Shown: in pieces, positions 51,550-64,000 of the stretch | Position numbering within the stretch: the first letter of the stretch is position 1 | Layout of the letters: each line of letters opens with the position of its first letter | Source: Eledone cirrhosa | Taxonomy: Eukaryota | Direction of reading: 5' to 3' | Assembly: GCA_964016885.1 (NCBI GenBank) | Contig: OZ024758.1 | Location: forward strand, 26,722,001 to 26,786,000 | DNA length: 64,000 nucleotides | Notes under the pieces: generated by a model | The model's database searches: none | What the model was told of the DNA's origin: nothing | Seen by the model: the letters and a program-made list of their open reading frames with translations, nothing else | Position numbers and translations under genes: made by a program

Positions 51550-53037
51550 ATAGAAATCATTATTGTTTCCTCTATTCTGTCCACTGGGATCACAAGGCAG
51601 ACTAACTAACCGTTAAGTAACGAAGACTGACTGCTAGACTTCAACTGAAGTCTAGCAGCCAGACTCTTTATATATAACATGTACCAGTAACCTATTAAAC
51701 TTCGTTTGTACTTAGTTTTATTGTTAATGTTTTTTGTGTTACGTCAGACCGTCTTGAGAAACTAGAAGTAGTTTTCGGTTGATCTATTGTAGTTTGTGGA
51801 CGAAGACGAATTGATTACCCGATTAAAGTAACTTCGATTGGGGATATGTATTGTTTAAAAACTTTTTTAACTGCACGAAAAAATACTTCTTGACTAATTC
51901 TTTCATACCCTGCACAATATGAAGATATTTATTATCCCTTTCACTGAAAATTCATGTGTGAATTTACATGAATATATGGTAATCTTAAATATTTCACTTA
52001 AATATTTAAATTACATTCATTCGACATCGCAGATAATTCGTCTCTTATCTGGTTTAGATAACCACCGCTTTTCCCCCAAATTCTCAATCCACATATTTTC
52101 GATGTCTGCATATTTTTCATTTCACTGTACTCATATCTCTATATGACTCATCCATTAACTCTGTATCCCATACTTCAGTAGTTTTGTTATATAACTAGTA
52201 GCTCTCCAAGAAAACGTTTCTTCGTCACTCTGTTACGTAGTGGTGCCGATACCACGATAAAATGCCCTTTGTAAGCGCTGTAAAATGGTTGGTGTTAGGA
52301 AGGGCATCCAGCCATAAGAACCATGCCTGAAATGAAAAGTATGAGCTAGACGTAGTTACCTGTTCGATCTAACCTCGAAACGTGAAAACTTGTCTAGCCC
52401 ATGCAGGAATGGAAACTAGACATTAAACTATGATGATAACAATAGTTATAAACGTCCAACTATTAAAAACCACCAGTTTTATTCTAAGACCCAAAACTTT
52501 TCATAGTCTTAGATTAAACTGTCTAAAATTTCCTGTTTATATTTAAATGAGAATATCAATATATATCTTGTTATTATATTAGTAATCGAAATTTAAGGCA
52601 GGAGGTGATTTTTTTCTATATTCTTATTATCAAGTTTTCTATAACTTGAAACCAATGAATACTCACTTCACATTCAATTGCATAGATGTCGAATTTGAAT
52701 CATTTTATATATATTACAAAAGACAGTTGCAGCAAACGGAAAATGCAACAAGCATAATGACATGTTGGATAGAGAGTTAGATATTTCAATTTCCGATGAT
52801 GATAGAAGTTATGTCGGCCATATTGAAAATGAGAAAGAGTTTATTACAAAAATACAATCAAATGAAAATTGTTAAAATATTTCTCTTTGAAATTTTCAAA
52901 GGCAGACTAAAACCAATCACAGTCTTTCTGATAACTGAAAAACCAATCGACTATTGTATCCTATTGAAATATTCCTGACGATAACTGTGGAAAAAAATTT
53001 ATGAAAAATATAAAGAAAAGAAAAAAAAAGATAAACT

Positions 53038-54050
53038 ATGTTCCCGTACATGACTGTACAACATAGACATTTTTTTTTTTTTTGCAGTACTTATAAAATG
53101 GGCAGTGGGAAGCTATTCAAGATTACCGACTACTGGAGCACAGATAAACTCCGTAGAGACCCTTATGTTTCAAGTTTCATGAGAAGAAGGCAATTTTTAA
53201 AAGTGTGTCAGTATTTGCATCACACCAGTATAGTATATGGAAAACATTATAACACCTTATTTAAAATACAACCTCCCTTGGGACTATATAAAGGAAATAT
53301 TACCAACCAAAATGGAGGATTATTGGGTATAAAAGCCAGCTACGTTTGCAGCAATTTATGTCAGGCAAATCCATAAATACTACATCACACGTCTCATCTA
53401 GACACCCTTTGGTTATATTCAAAATTATTTGGAAATTATAAGCATTGTCTTTCATTAGAAATATGGTAACGAAAAGGTTAATAGCTTCTATTTGAAAACA
53501 AACCTAGAGTGGTTTTAATTTTTAGGGTACAATATAGTCTGAAAATCATCATTGCTATGCCCAATCGTATATTGTTTATTTATGGGTACATTTAGTCTGT
53601 TCAAACTTGCTGCAGACTTAGACGATTTGGCAAGATAGACTTATATGCTGAGGTGATTTGCAAACAGAAATGGACTGCCGTTGAATACAAAGAAAGCAAA
53701 ATTGAAAGGGGTGAAATAATCCAACAACAGAAAGGAAATTTGCTAGTGACCTCATACAGAGAGAAGAAAACAGTCGATTTATTGTCCACTTGTTTTCAAC
53801 CACATGTGGGAGAGGGGGGGGGGGGGTATTTGCTCGACGTATGGTAAACCTCAATTACAACAGCTATGCGGGTGGTATGAATCAGACGATGAGTTATTAC
53901 ACAGTTTGTAGATTGGATAATAAGCAGTGGAGATACTTGGATTGGTTTATAGTAAATATGAGTATTGTAAATTTTTTTGAAATGTACCAAATCACGAGAT
54001 GCTTAAAAACAACGCGACTATCTGCAGTCCCTAGAAAATGCTAAAACGCA
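53038..54050 (+). pseudogene. Decayed piggyBac-family transposase (DDE_Tnp_1_7-like)
   Basis: Fragments MG...ITDYWSTD...MRRRQF..VCQYLH...LFKIQP; YREKKTVDLLST; YNSYAGG..QTMSYY....KQWRYL..FIVNMSIVN...Y occur in piggyBac motif order across frameshifts. Confidence 0.82.
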
Positions 54051-54063
54051 TTTGATGGCAAGC

Positions 54064-54123
<60 letters not shown>

Positions 54124-54403
54124 GTTATTCCGGGTTGAATCGGAGGTAACCACAGTAAGTAAGGTACTCAATACATTGCAGAGTATAAAAGTTTTAATAT
54201 AGATGAGATTCTACAGGACTAGAACTGTTTCATTCTTATATATATATATATATTAAAGTATCTTATATATATATATATCTTATATATATATATATTAAAG
54301 TTAAGAAAGAGAAAACTAATTATGGAAGTACAAATAAGATAGACAAAACAGGTATTCTATCTATCCATCCTCGTTTATATATAGATCTCCCTACCATAGT
54401 TTC

Positions 54404-54445
<42 letters not shown>

Positions 54446-54599
54446 GGAGAGAGAGGGGTATTAATGGAATGTCAATCTTTCATCAAAGAACTGTATTTAT
54501 TCTTTTACAATCGTTTCGAATGATCTATGACCTCGAATTAATCAAAGTGATGTTACAGAATTCTCTGCTCTCATTTGAGAATTGCTAATATAGTTCTAA

Positions 54600-54763
<164 letters not shown>

Positions 54764-54831
54764 CACATATATACACGTGTATTATTGGCGGACTTGAGAA
54801 AAAGTAATCAATACCGACGTAGAGTTTAAAT

Positions 54832-55089
54832 CAGGCATGGGCAACCTTTTTCAAGAAACGGGCCGCATGAGATATGTCTCATCATCAGGAGGGCCGAAAC
54901 CCCTAATTTACATTCGTGCCCACATTTTTAACAAAGGGTGGTAACTCAGGTTGTTTTCCTCGATCGTAAAAATAATAGAACGATAAATTACGACTGAAAA
55001 TTTGGGGTAAAAAAATCAGAAAGATTTCACTTAGGTGACTTAGGCGAGCTATTGAGAAAACTTCGCGGGCCGCAGGTTGCCCATGACTG
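54832..55089. mobile_element. hAT-type MITE
   Basis: caggcatgggcaacc ... ggttgcccatgactg TIRs; gggccgca subterminal motifs. Confidence 0.75.
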
Positions 55090-55503
55090 GTAGTAGTGGG
55101 CCTTGTTACTCTGGAATTTCACCTAGACACCTGCAGGATCATCAGGTAAGACTTGTCTGGTAATCCTGCGAGAAGAGAGTAAAACCAATCCCCATAAGTT
55201 ATGAATTATATTTTATAAAATCAATGATCTCAAGAAAGAAAGACTTTTAGGACAATAATTTGAAACAAATTTCCATGAGACTGCTTTATGCAGTGTGAGA
55301 TGTTTTATAACTCTTTGGGAAATGACTTCACTTGTGTTTGTGTGTGTGTGTGTGTACACACCCTCGGAACTCTCTTCCCACCCACTTTTCTCCTGAAGGG
55401 GTTATGCTCGAAACGTCGTTCCTCACCCACCCCCACTCTCAAGAGCGTCAAACTAATAAACCTTTGTTTGTACTGCCTCTCTGTTTTCGTTCCCGTTCCA
55501 GTT

Positions 55504-55590
<87 letters not shown>

Positions 55591-55802
55591 AGGCGTGTGG
55601 CTGAGCGGTTAGAGAATTGGATTCGTAATCGTAAGGTTGTGAGTTCGATTCCTGGACCAGGGATGCGTTATGCCCTTGAGCAAGTCACTTTATTTCACGT
55701 TGCTCCTTCTACCTGGAGTTGCGACCGATAGATAGTATTAGCAATTGGAAAGACCAACGGAAACATTGTTTCCTCGGTCCGATTTGACGAAAGTCGATCG
55801 TT

Positions 55803-55849
<47 letters not shown>

Positions 55850-56655
55850 AGGCACATGGCTTAGTGGTTAGAGCATTGACCTTGCAATCGAAAGGTTTTG
55901 GCTGCAATGAAATAAATAACAATAAAGGATTGAAGACCATGTTGTGTGGAACTGGGACAGATACATATGGCAACGATGTATCATAAGCTCACCAAGCTGC
56001 AGTTGTTTAGTGGCCACAGTTGGATGGGCCTGTAGTATAAGCATCATCGCCGTTGTCATCATCAACGTCATCATCATCGTCATTATCATCAACATCGATG
56101 AAGGCACATGGCTTAGTGGTTAGAGCATTGGGCTTGCAATCGAAAGGTTGTGAGTTCAATTCTCAGACCGGGTGATGTGTTGTTTCCTTGAGCAAGACAC
56201 TTTATTTCACATTGCTCCAGTTCACTCAGCTGTAGAAATGAGATGATAGGGACTGGGGTCCCTATCATTCCACTGCAAAGTGGTCGTGGAGGTGCCACGG
56301 CAAAAAAGCACCCATCCCACACAGTAAATGAGGTTGGTGTTAGGAAGGGCATGTAGAAATCAAGCCAGAATCAGTTCCCGTCCAACCCTTGCAAGCAGGG
56401 AAAAGTGGACGTAAAATGATGATGATGATGATGATATATATATATATATGATTATAGACGGCGAATTGGCAGAGTCGTTAAAACGTCGAATAGAATGATT
56501 TGCGGTATCTGTTCAAATCCCTTCGAGATCAACTCCGCCTTTCATCTTTTCGCGATCTATAAAAAGAAAAGTACCAGTCTGGGGTGGCTTCTTCCTCTAT
56601 ATCTCTTTGTCACTTCCTCTCACATGGGCAGTTGACGCAAATGCCATATAGACAG

Positions 56656-56746
<91 letters not shown>

Positions 56747-56748
56747 AA

Positions 56749-57067
56749 TATTATTCAAAATATTAATAAATGAAAAAATTCTCATAATCAAAATATATAT
56801 TTTATTATACATATTTCAAACCTATTGAAGTACGGTTTCATTATTATACATATTTCAATGGTGTTTAAGTACGGTTTCATCAGACAAAATATAAGATTTG
56901 ATATGCGACATACCGCTACGGTTTTGATTATTCAATTCCAATAGTGGCAGTGATTTATTTCACCAACTCTCAACGTTTAAATACTCCAGGAAAATCTCTT
57001 GTCGAGTGCTTCTAATATATTGTAAAATTGTATTCGTTGAATAATCAACGAAACATATTAATCTTTG

Positions 57068-57072
<5 letters not shown>
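56749..57072 (-). mobile_element. F2-related element with a hammerhead motif (56796-56893, -) disrupted by an internal duplication
   Basis: Minus strand: tatattttgt CTGATGA aaccgtac...[duplication]...ggttt GAAA tatgta TA ataaaatata. Plus-strand tail atactcca..ttgtcgagtgctt matches the 43225 tail. Confidence 0.65.
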
Positions 57073-57142
<70 letters not shown>

Positions 57143-57326
57143 ATACTTGGAGAGGGTCATATTTGTGTAATATTGCCAGAATTAATAACAGAACACACTC
57201 ACTGTTTGGTTGGTTTGCGTTTTTCGCTTCTGTGTCTTTTATATCGGTAATCTAATTTATTCGGTCCTCAATGTTGCCATTGACTGACCAACGGTCAAAA
57301 ATAATACAGATACAATATAGACACAA

Positions 57327-57406
<80 letters not shown>

Positions 57407-57425
57407 ATTATATATATTATATATA

Positions 57426-57633
57426 TAGGAAGTTGTTCAAGACCCCGACGGCAGAGCTCAAGCCGTTTCGACGACTATTTCTGGACTAAATTAGATTTAA
57501 AATCTAATTTAGTCTAGAAAAAGCCGTCGAAACGGCTTGAGCTCTGCCGTCGGGGTCTTGTACATTTTCCTATTACCCACTCTACTACCCTAAGTATTGA
57601 GAACTCTGGTTCCTTACCACACTTCCTTCGTTA
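57426..57633. mobile_element. Fold-back element F1 copy 4 (~72-bp arms)
   Basis: Arms ~57426-57498 / 57501-57572; tail with gtattgag..ccttcgtta. Confidence 0.85.
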
Positions 57634-58799
57634 TATTTATATAAATAAAACCCTGCGGTAACAGTTGTATGTCTCCCATAAACAATATATTAAGTTAGTC
57701 AACAAAATACCAGCATCATGTACTATATTTAGAATATGGGTTGGCGTCAGGAAGTGCATCAGTCCATAGAAAACTTCCCAGGAATAAATTTTAAAAAAAA
57801 ACTCTTCCAGCCGATGCAGGTTTGAAGAAACTGACATAGAAATGATGATGATGATGACATGGCAGATGTTTATTTCATAAGAGACTTATTTCTTTTTTTT
57901 TTTTTATTTATTATCAACTTAATTTTGATCATGTACTTACCTGACTTCCTTGTTAGTGCTCTGCAATGTTTTACACATCCATGCTTTTACAACTGAACTT
58001 CTAATTATTATACAGCCGGTTTCCTTTTTCTAAAAGGGTTTCCGGTTAAATGCGTTTGTTATGACAAAGAGAACTTGACACTGGTTGGCCACTCCTTATA
58101 TTGAGGTGAGTGGAGAAAGACTTATGTGTGGACAATTGTTTGAATTCAGTGGTAAACGAAGTAGGATAGGACTCTCTGTTCCTTCTTTAAATTTGTTGTC
58201 AGGCGAGGCGAGATGTAAGGACCTGTTCTAGTTAGTTGATAGAGATTGTCCATACCTGAGTATAACAGCGAAGACGCGGTGATATTTAACTGACAAATTA
58301 GATCTATCACGTGATAACAAACATTAAATTGGCATCTTTGTATGTGTGTTTGTGTGTATGTGTGTGTATGTGTGTGTATGTATGTGTGTGTGTGTGTGTA
58401 TGTTCATCTGGTTTTTCTAATTTCACAAATTTTTTCCCAATAGAGAGAGAGAGCCGGTTTCTAACATAGACACAAGACTCTCTCATTGGAATTTATACAA
58501 CATCAACTAGGTAGATATGTATGGATGTCTATGTGTGTTATTGTATTTGTGGATGTGTATGTTTTGAGTTGTATGTGTGCATGTGTCTGTACATGTGTAT
58601 ATGCAGTTATTAGATGCAAAATATTTGGAATGTTTTACATATATTTACTGTTCCATTAATGGATGTATGTTCTCTCTTTCTCTTAATTTCGAGTATATTT
58701 TTGATCGGCCACCTTCCTGGTGGCTGTTATTTCTAACAGGTTTAGCGACCACTTTCATATGTGTTTTTTGTTTGTTTTTCCCATACAATATGTGTTATC

Positions 58800-58821
58800 T
58801 ATATATATAACACTGAGGATG

Positions 58822-58856
<35 letters not shown>

Positions 58857-59454
58857 CTGTGAGTTTGAATCCCTAAAACTCGAAAAGTACCCAACCGATT
58901 TTTTTTCAAACTTTACATGTGTATTACTTATGTTTCAGGGAGTGTTATGCATATAAAAATTCAACTTTTTGATCCCCTAGGGCCCGCATTAGGTGAAAAA
59001 CTGCGTTCTTTTCAGATTTTTATGGGGTTTTTTTTAGGCGTTACGTCAGACCGATTTCCTTGAAATTGTAACTATGTATTAGTCAGTCTCTTCTTCATAC
59101 CGTGAGCAAAGAAAATCCAACTTTTTTTATGGCCTTAGGTGAAACACTTTATTTTTTTCAGCTTTTTAGGGCTTTTTTGAGGCGTTACGGTCTAGCCGAT
59201 TTTCCCGAAATTTCAAGGCATATTATACACATAAAAAAAATTCATTTTCTTGATCCCCTGAGGCCCGCATTAGGTGAAAACCTGCATTTTTCCTGCTTCA
59301 TCAAGGAAAATCTTAAAGATTATCCAGCCATCAGAGTATTCGGTTTATTTTCTTTACATATTGTCTCGGAATGCAGTTTTTCCACGATTAGGTTTGTTGG
59401 CGGCCCGCGTTCCAAAATACCTTATCCCGTGCAACGCCGAGTACCACTGCTAGT
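58800..59454 (-). mobile_element. Second Helentron-associated-type non-autonomous element
   Basis: Minus-strand 5' actagcagtggtactcggcgttgcacggg; ctaaaactcga..cccaaccgat..ttcaaactttacatgtg is the reverse complement of ~33055-33105. Confidence 0.7.
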
Positions 59455-59936
59455 AATGTATAAAGATAGACGATGTTAGATAAAGATATTGAGATACTTC
59501 TCCATTTAAGTGAATTGGCAAAGTCGTTAGAACCTAGGATAGAATACTTTCTGGTATTTGATTCGGCTCTCTCATCTCTGAGTTCAAACCCCGCAGAGGT
59601 CAACGTTGCCTTTCATCCATTCGAGATCGATAAAAAAAAGTACAAGTCTAATACTGGAGTAAATTCTTCCACTGTATCTCTTTCTCACTTTCTATCCTTC
59701 TCTGCAAGAAATCTGCAGTATTCAAGTCCTAGAAACGTTGTATGTCAATGTGGCGCCCTTACGACTCCCTCTTGAGTTACCGGACATAGTTTCTCACATA
59801 GAAACACCGGAATATGACGTGAGTTTGCGTCTGCGCATTGGCTGTTGGTGGGACTCGATCCCGGTTTCGATTTTTTTTCGTATATCATTATGCATGTGTT
59901 AAGGGAGTGTTTACTGCTGAGATATATTTTTATAAC

Positions 59937-59975
<39 letters not shown>

Positions 59976-60496
59976 ACGCACGCGCGCGCGCGCACACCCG
60001 TATGAGCACAACGAGGCGTGTACTGGCTGCTGAATAGAGCTTCGGTTACATACTGACTGTGTAATGAAGTGTCCCTTTGTTCTTGGTGCGGCTTTTGGAA
60101 AAGATCCGTTTGATCAGTAGAACGCCAGTAGCTTAAAATGAAATTATTACTCACATATGTTGCTTAGTTAACCCGAGAATCTGCTCACAATTTTTTTCTC
60201 TCTTTCATACTGTTAAATTTATTAATTACTGTGTCATGAATACAATAATTGTTTAATAAGCAATCTCTGCCACGACAACATTATTTATAATCATAATTGT
60301 TAAGATTGCTAACGTCAGCGCCATTGTCGCCAACAACATCAATAACATTTTCATTTTTTTTTTTTTTTTTTAGCATTCTTAACCCTTTGTTGCCGTTTTT
60401 TGTTTTAAATAAAATACAGTATTTGTATTATTTTGGGAAGGAATTGAAGTGATTTACACAATTTATATAATTATTTCATTATGAAGATGAGCACAG

Positions 60497-61580
60497 CTCC
60501 GATATTATGGGCATGTGGGTAGAATGTCCCAGGAAAGAATCTTTGAACTGAGAGATCAAAACTCCGATACTATGGGCATGTCGATAGAATGTCTCAGGAA
60601 AGAATCTTTGAACTGAGAGATCACTACTCCGATACTATGGGCATGTCGATAGAATGTCTCAGGAAAGAATCTTTGAACTGAGAGATCACAACTCCGATAC
60701 TATGGGCATGTGGATAGAATGTCTCAGGAAAGAATCTTTGAACTGAGAGATCACTACTCCGATACTATGGGCATGTCGATAGAATGTCTCAGGAAAGAAT
60801 CTTTGAACTGAGAGATCACAACTCCGATACTATGGGCATGTCGATAGAATGTCTCAGGAAAGAATCTTTGAACTGAGAGATCACTACTCCGATACTATGG
60901 GCATGTCGATAGAATGTCTCAGGAAAGAATCTTTGAACTGAGAGATCACTACTCCGATACTATGGGCATGTCGATAGAATGTCTCAGGAAAGAATCTTTG
61001 AACTGAGAGATCACTACTCCGATACTATGGGCATGTCGATAGAATGTCTCAAGAAAGAATCTTTGAACTGAGAGATCACTACTCCGATACTATGGGCATG
61101 TCGATAGAATGTCTCAGGAAAGAATCTTTGAACTGAGAGATCACTACTCCGATACTATGGGCATGTCGATAGAATGTCTCAGGAAAGAATCTTTGAACTG
61201 AGAGATCACTACTCCGATACTATGGGCATGTCGATAGAATGTCTCAAGAAAGAATCTTTGAACTGAGAGATCACTACTCCGATACTATGGGCATGTCGAT
61301 AGAATGTCTCAGGAAAGAATCTTTGAACTGAGAGATCACAACTCCGATACTATGGGCATGTCGATAGAATGTCTCAGGAAAGAATCTTTGAACTGAGAGA
61401 TCACTACTCCGATACTATGGGCATGTCGATAGAATGTCTCAGGAAAGAATCTTTGAACTGAGAGATCACTACTCCGATACTATGGGCATGTCGATAGAAT
61501 GTCTCAAGAAAGAATCTTTGAACTGAGAGATCAAAACTCCGATACTATGGGCATGTCGATAGAATGTCTTGGAAAAGAAT
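60497..61580. repeat. 65-bp satellite, ~16-17 units, derived from RTE coding sequence
   Basis: Unit reads ERS(Q/L)LRYYGHVDRMSQERI; continues into the RTE 3' end. Confidence 0.93.
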
Positions 61581-61795
61581 CGCTAGACAGATTTTACCGG
61601 CAAGAGACCCAGGGGTAGACCCTGAGCAAGATGGTTGGATAACATCCTTGAGCTTGGCTGGTCTTGCTTGAGCATCAATCCAGTCGGATCAGTTGGAGAC
61701 GGTTGCTCCTGACAGGACCCACTGGAAGGAGTGTCCCCACGAGTGTCCCCACGACCCTCTCATGAATAAGTGGGCGAAGAAGAGATGAAGATGAT
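61580..61795 (+). mobile_element. RTE LINE 3' end
   Basis: GKRPRGRP*ARWLDNI motif and (gaa/gat) tail; homologous to 37620-37740. Confidence 0.75.
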
Positions 61796-63199
61796 ATTTG
61801 TAACTTAATTTAACAAAAGGTTCTTATACGAAATTAATTTAGAAGAATTTAATTTAAATAGGGACGCTTTAAAATGGGTGTTTGTGTTTCAGAGAATCAG
61901 AGGCGGTATTGAGCAGGTTGGCATCAAAAGGGTTGGTCATTGGTGACAACCCATCCAGATCCATAGTCTCGGGCCAACCCAAGCCTTGTGAGTGAAATTG
62001 AGGTGACGCAAACTATTTAGAAGCCAGTCAGCTGGAATGTACCTATGATTCAAATGACTAACCTAGTCACATTCTGTGTGACGCTGAATCTCCCTGAGAA
62101 ATTCCGCTAAGGGTACACGTGTTTACGAAATACGCAGCCAGTTGTACGTTAATTTCATGAGTAAGCCGCTCCACGAGAACACTCGTAGAAACTGACGGAG
62201 GTCCATTCTATATTTGAAATAATGCGATACTTTAGCAATTTTAATAATGGTTTCTTATTTAGGCACAAGGCCAGCAATTTGGGGGGGGAGGGAAAAGTCG
62301 ATGAAATTGACCCCAGTGCGTGACTGGTACTTTATTTTTTTGACCCCGTAATGATGAAAGGCATAGTTAACCTCGACGGGATTTGAACTCAGATCATAAA
62401 GGGCCGTGACTTTATGCAGCAAAGAATGGTGTCCGACCCTCTACCGATACTTCCAATCCACCGCCTTTTTAGCAATTTTAATAATTGTTTCTACGTTTGG
62501 CACAAGGCCAGCAATCACCCCAGTGCATTACTGGTACTTTATTTTATCAACCCCGTAAGGATGAAAGGCAAAGTTAACCTCGGCGGGATTTGAACTCAGA
62601 TTGGCAAGGGCCGTAACTCTATGCGTCAAAGCATGGCGTCCGACTCTCTACCGATACTGCCAATTTAATGGTTTCTGGTTTAGGCAGAGTTTTCCAAACT
62701 TTTCCCATTGGCGACACACTTTTTTAATAAATAAATAATTTAATGTCATATCACAAACCCGTAGACACGTGTCTAATTGTATGCTGAGTTCTCGTATCCG
62801 AAATACCCTTTCACAGATAATTATTTGTAAAAAAATATTCATCAGAGATTTAACTTCGTTCTTGCGACACTCCTAGAGATTATAGACAACAGACTCTGCT
62901 CTAGACTGTCTGGGTTTGTCTCTGATAAAACGAGTAGGGTGGGTAGGATAGTAGATGTTACTAGACTTGTGTGTGCGTGTGTGTGAATGAAATATTTTCC
63001 CACCCACAACTTTCTCTTATTGCCTATTTATACATGTGAACCAATTACCTTCAGGTACAATTATTTTTACACATTTTAGATCCATTTTCTATAGTTGATT
63101 GAATAAATTTGAAGAAGTATATTTACACTCGAATAAGCATCATGGTGACAAGTACAACTATAACTGTGTTCAGCTAACATCTAAATATTGCTTGCATTT

Positions 63200-63575
63200 C
63201 TAAGGCGGGTAAAATTCCCGAGATCCATGGACGAGTTCTCTCCAGCGGTTTCTGTCCCTCATTATCGCTGCCATGTCCTGCGTCTCCAACAGACCAGTGT
63301 CTGTCCTTAGGGCATCAACATATGTTAACCTTGGTCTTCCTCTTCTAGTGTGTCCATGTAGGGGATCCCAAAGCAGCACTGAGTGCAATGTCAACTCTGG
63401 ATGTCGGTGAGCATGTCCAGCTAACCTCAGTCTCCTCTGTGTCACTTTTGAGCTGACTTTTGGGATGCTCCCATACAGCTCTGAGTTTTTCATCCTCAGT
63501 GTATACTGATTAATGTTCAGAGCCATCCTCAGCATTCTCGTGTAGCACCCATCCACCATCTCAGTGAATTGCTTG
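63200..63575 (-). mobile_element. RTE-like LINE ORF 3' fragment
   Basis: MVDGCYTRMLRMALNI...NSELYG.IPKVS.KV..RRLRLAGH..RH...LLW.P.HG...RGRPRLTYVD.L..DTGL....M.DR..WR, a typical RTE C-terminus. Confidence 0.85.
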
Positions 63576-64000
63576 CATATATATAATTTTATGACCAATA
63601 AACTATTTAGATCCACTTCATATTTAATACAGTGTCCTCCCGGCATTCGCGATCTCGGTTATTCGCGAAATTTTCTTTAGGACCTAACTAATTGTTTCTA
63701 CTTTAGGCACAAGGCCATCAATTTTGGGGGGAGGAGAAAGTCGATTAAATCGACCCAGTGTATTACTGGTACTTTATTTTATCGACCCCGTAAGGATGAA
63801 AGGCAAAGTTAACCGCGGTGGGATTTGAACTCAGATCATAAAGGGCCGTAACTCTATGCTGCAAAGCATGGCGTCCGACCTTCTACCGATACTGCCAATC
63901 CACCGCCCTTTTGGAACCTAACTAATAATTGTTCGTGGAAACCACCGCATATTCGCGGAATCGTAAATATCTTCCACGATCTTTTAATGTTTTTTTTTTT

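Overview
AT-rich, repeat-dense animal genomic DNA. The tRNA-headed SINE families and the microsatellite load suggest a coleoid cephalopod, probably Octopus (inference). The only host gene I can support is Notchless homolog 1 (NLE1, WD40 ribosome-biogenesis factor). Three of its C-terminal coding exons lie on + (13673-13875, 19987-20146, 26340-26410) with matching splice phases; the upstream exons and the tiny last exon were not found. The rest is introns and intergenic repeats: SINEs, TTAA-flanked piggyBac-type MITEs, hAT and Tc1/pogo MITEs, two Helitron/Helentron-like non-autonomous elements, decayed piggyBac and Tc1/mariner transposases, Tx1/L1-like and RTE LINE fragments, and about ten tandem arrays, several visibly built from transposon pieces. 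The most interesting signal is a group of short non-coding elements sitting in (TA)n tracts. They share an asymmetric fold-back architecture (inverted repeat plus a one-sided tail with a shared T(T/C)GAG(T/C)RC motif), and several carry minimal type-I hammerhead ribozyme motifs. This resembles non-autonomous Penelope-like or retrozyme-type elements. Nearly all ORFs in the supplied track are repeat artefacts.
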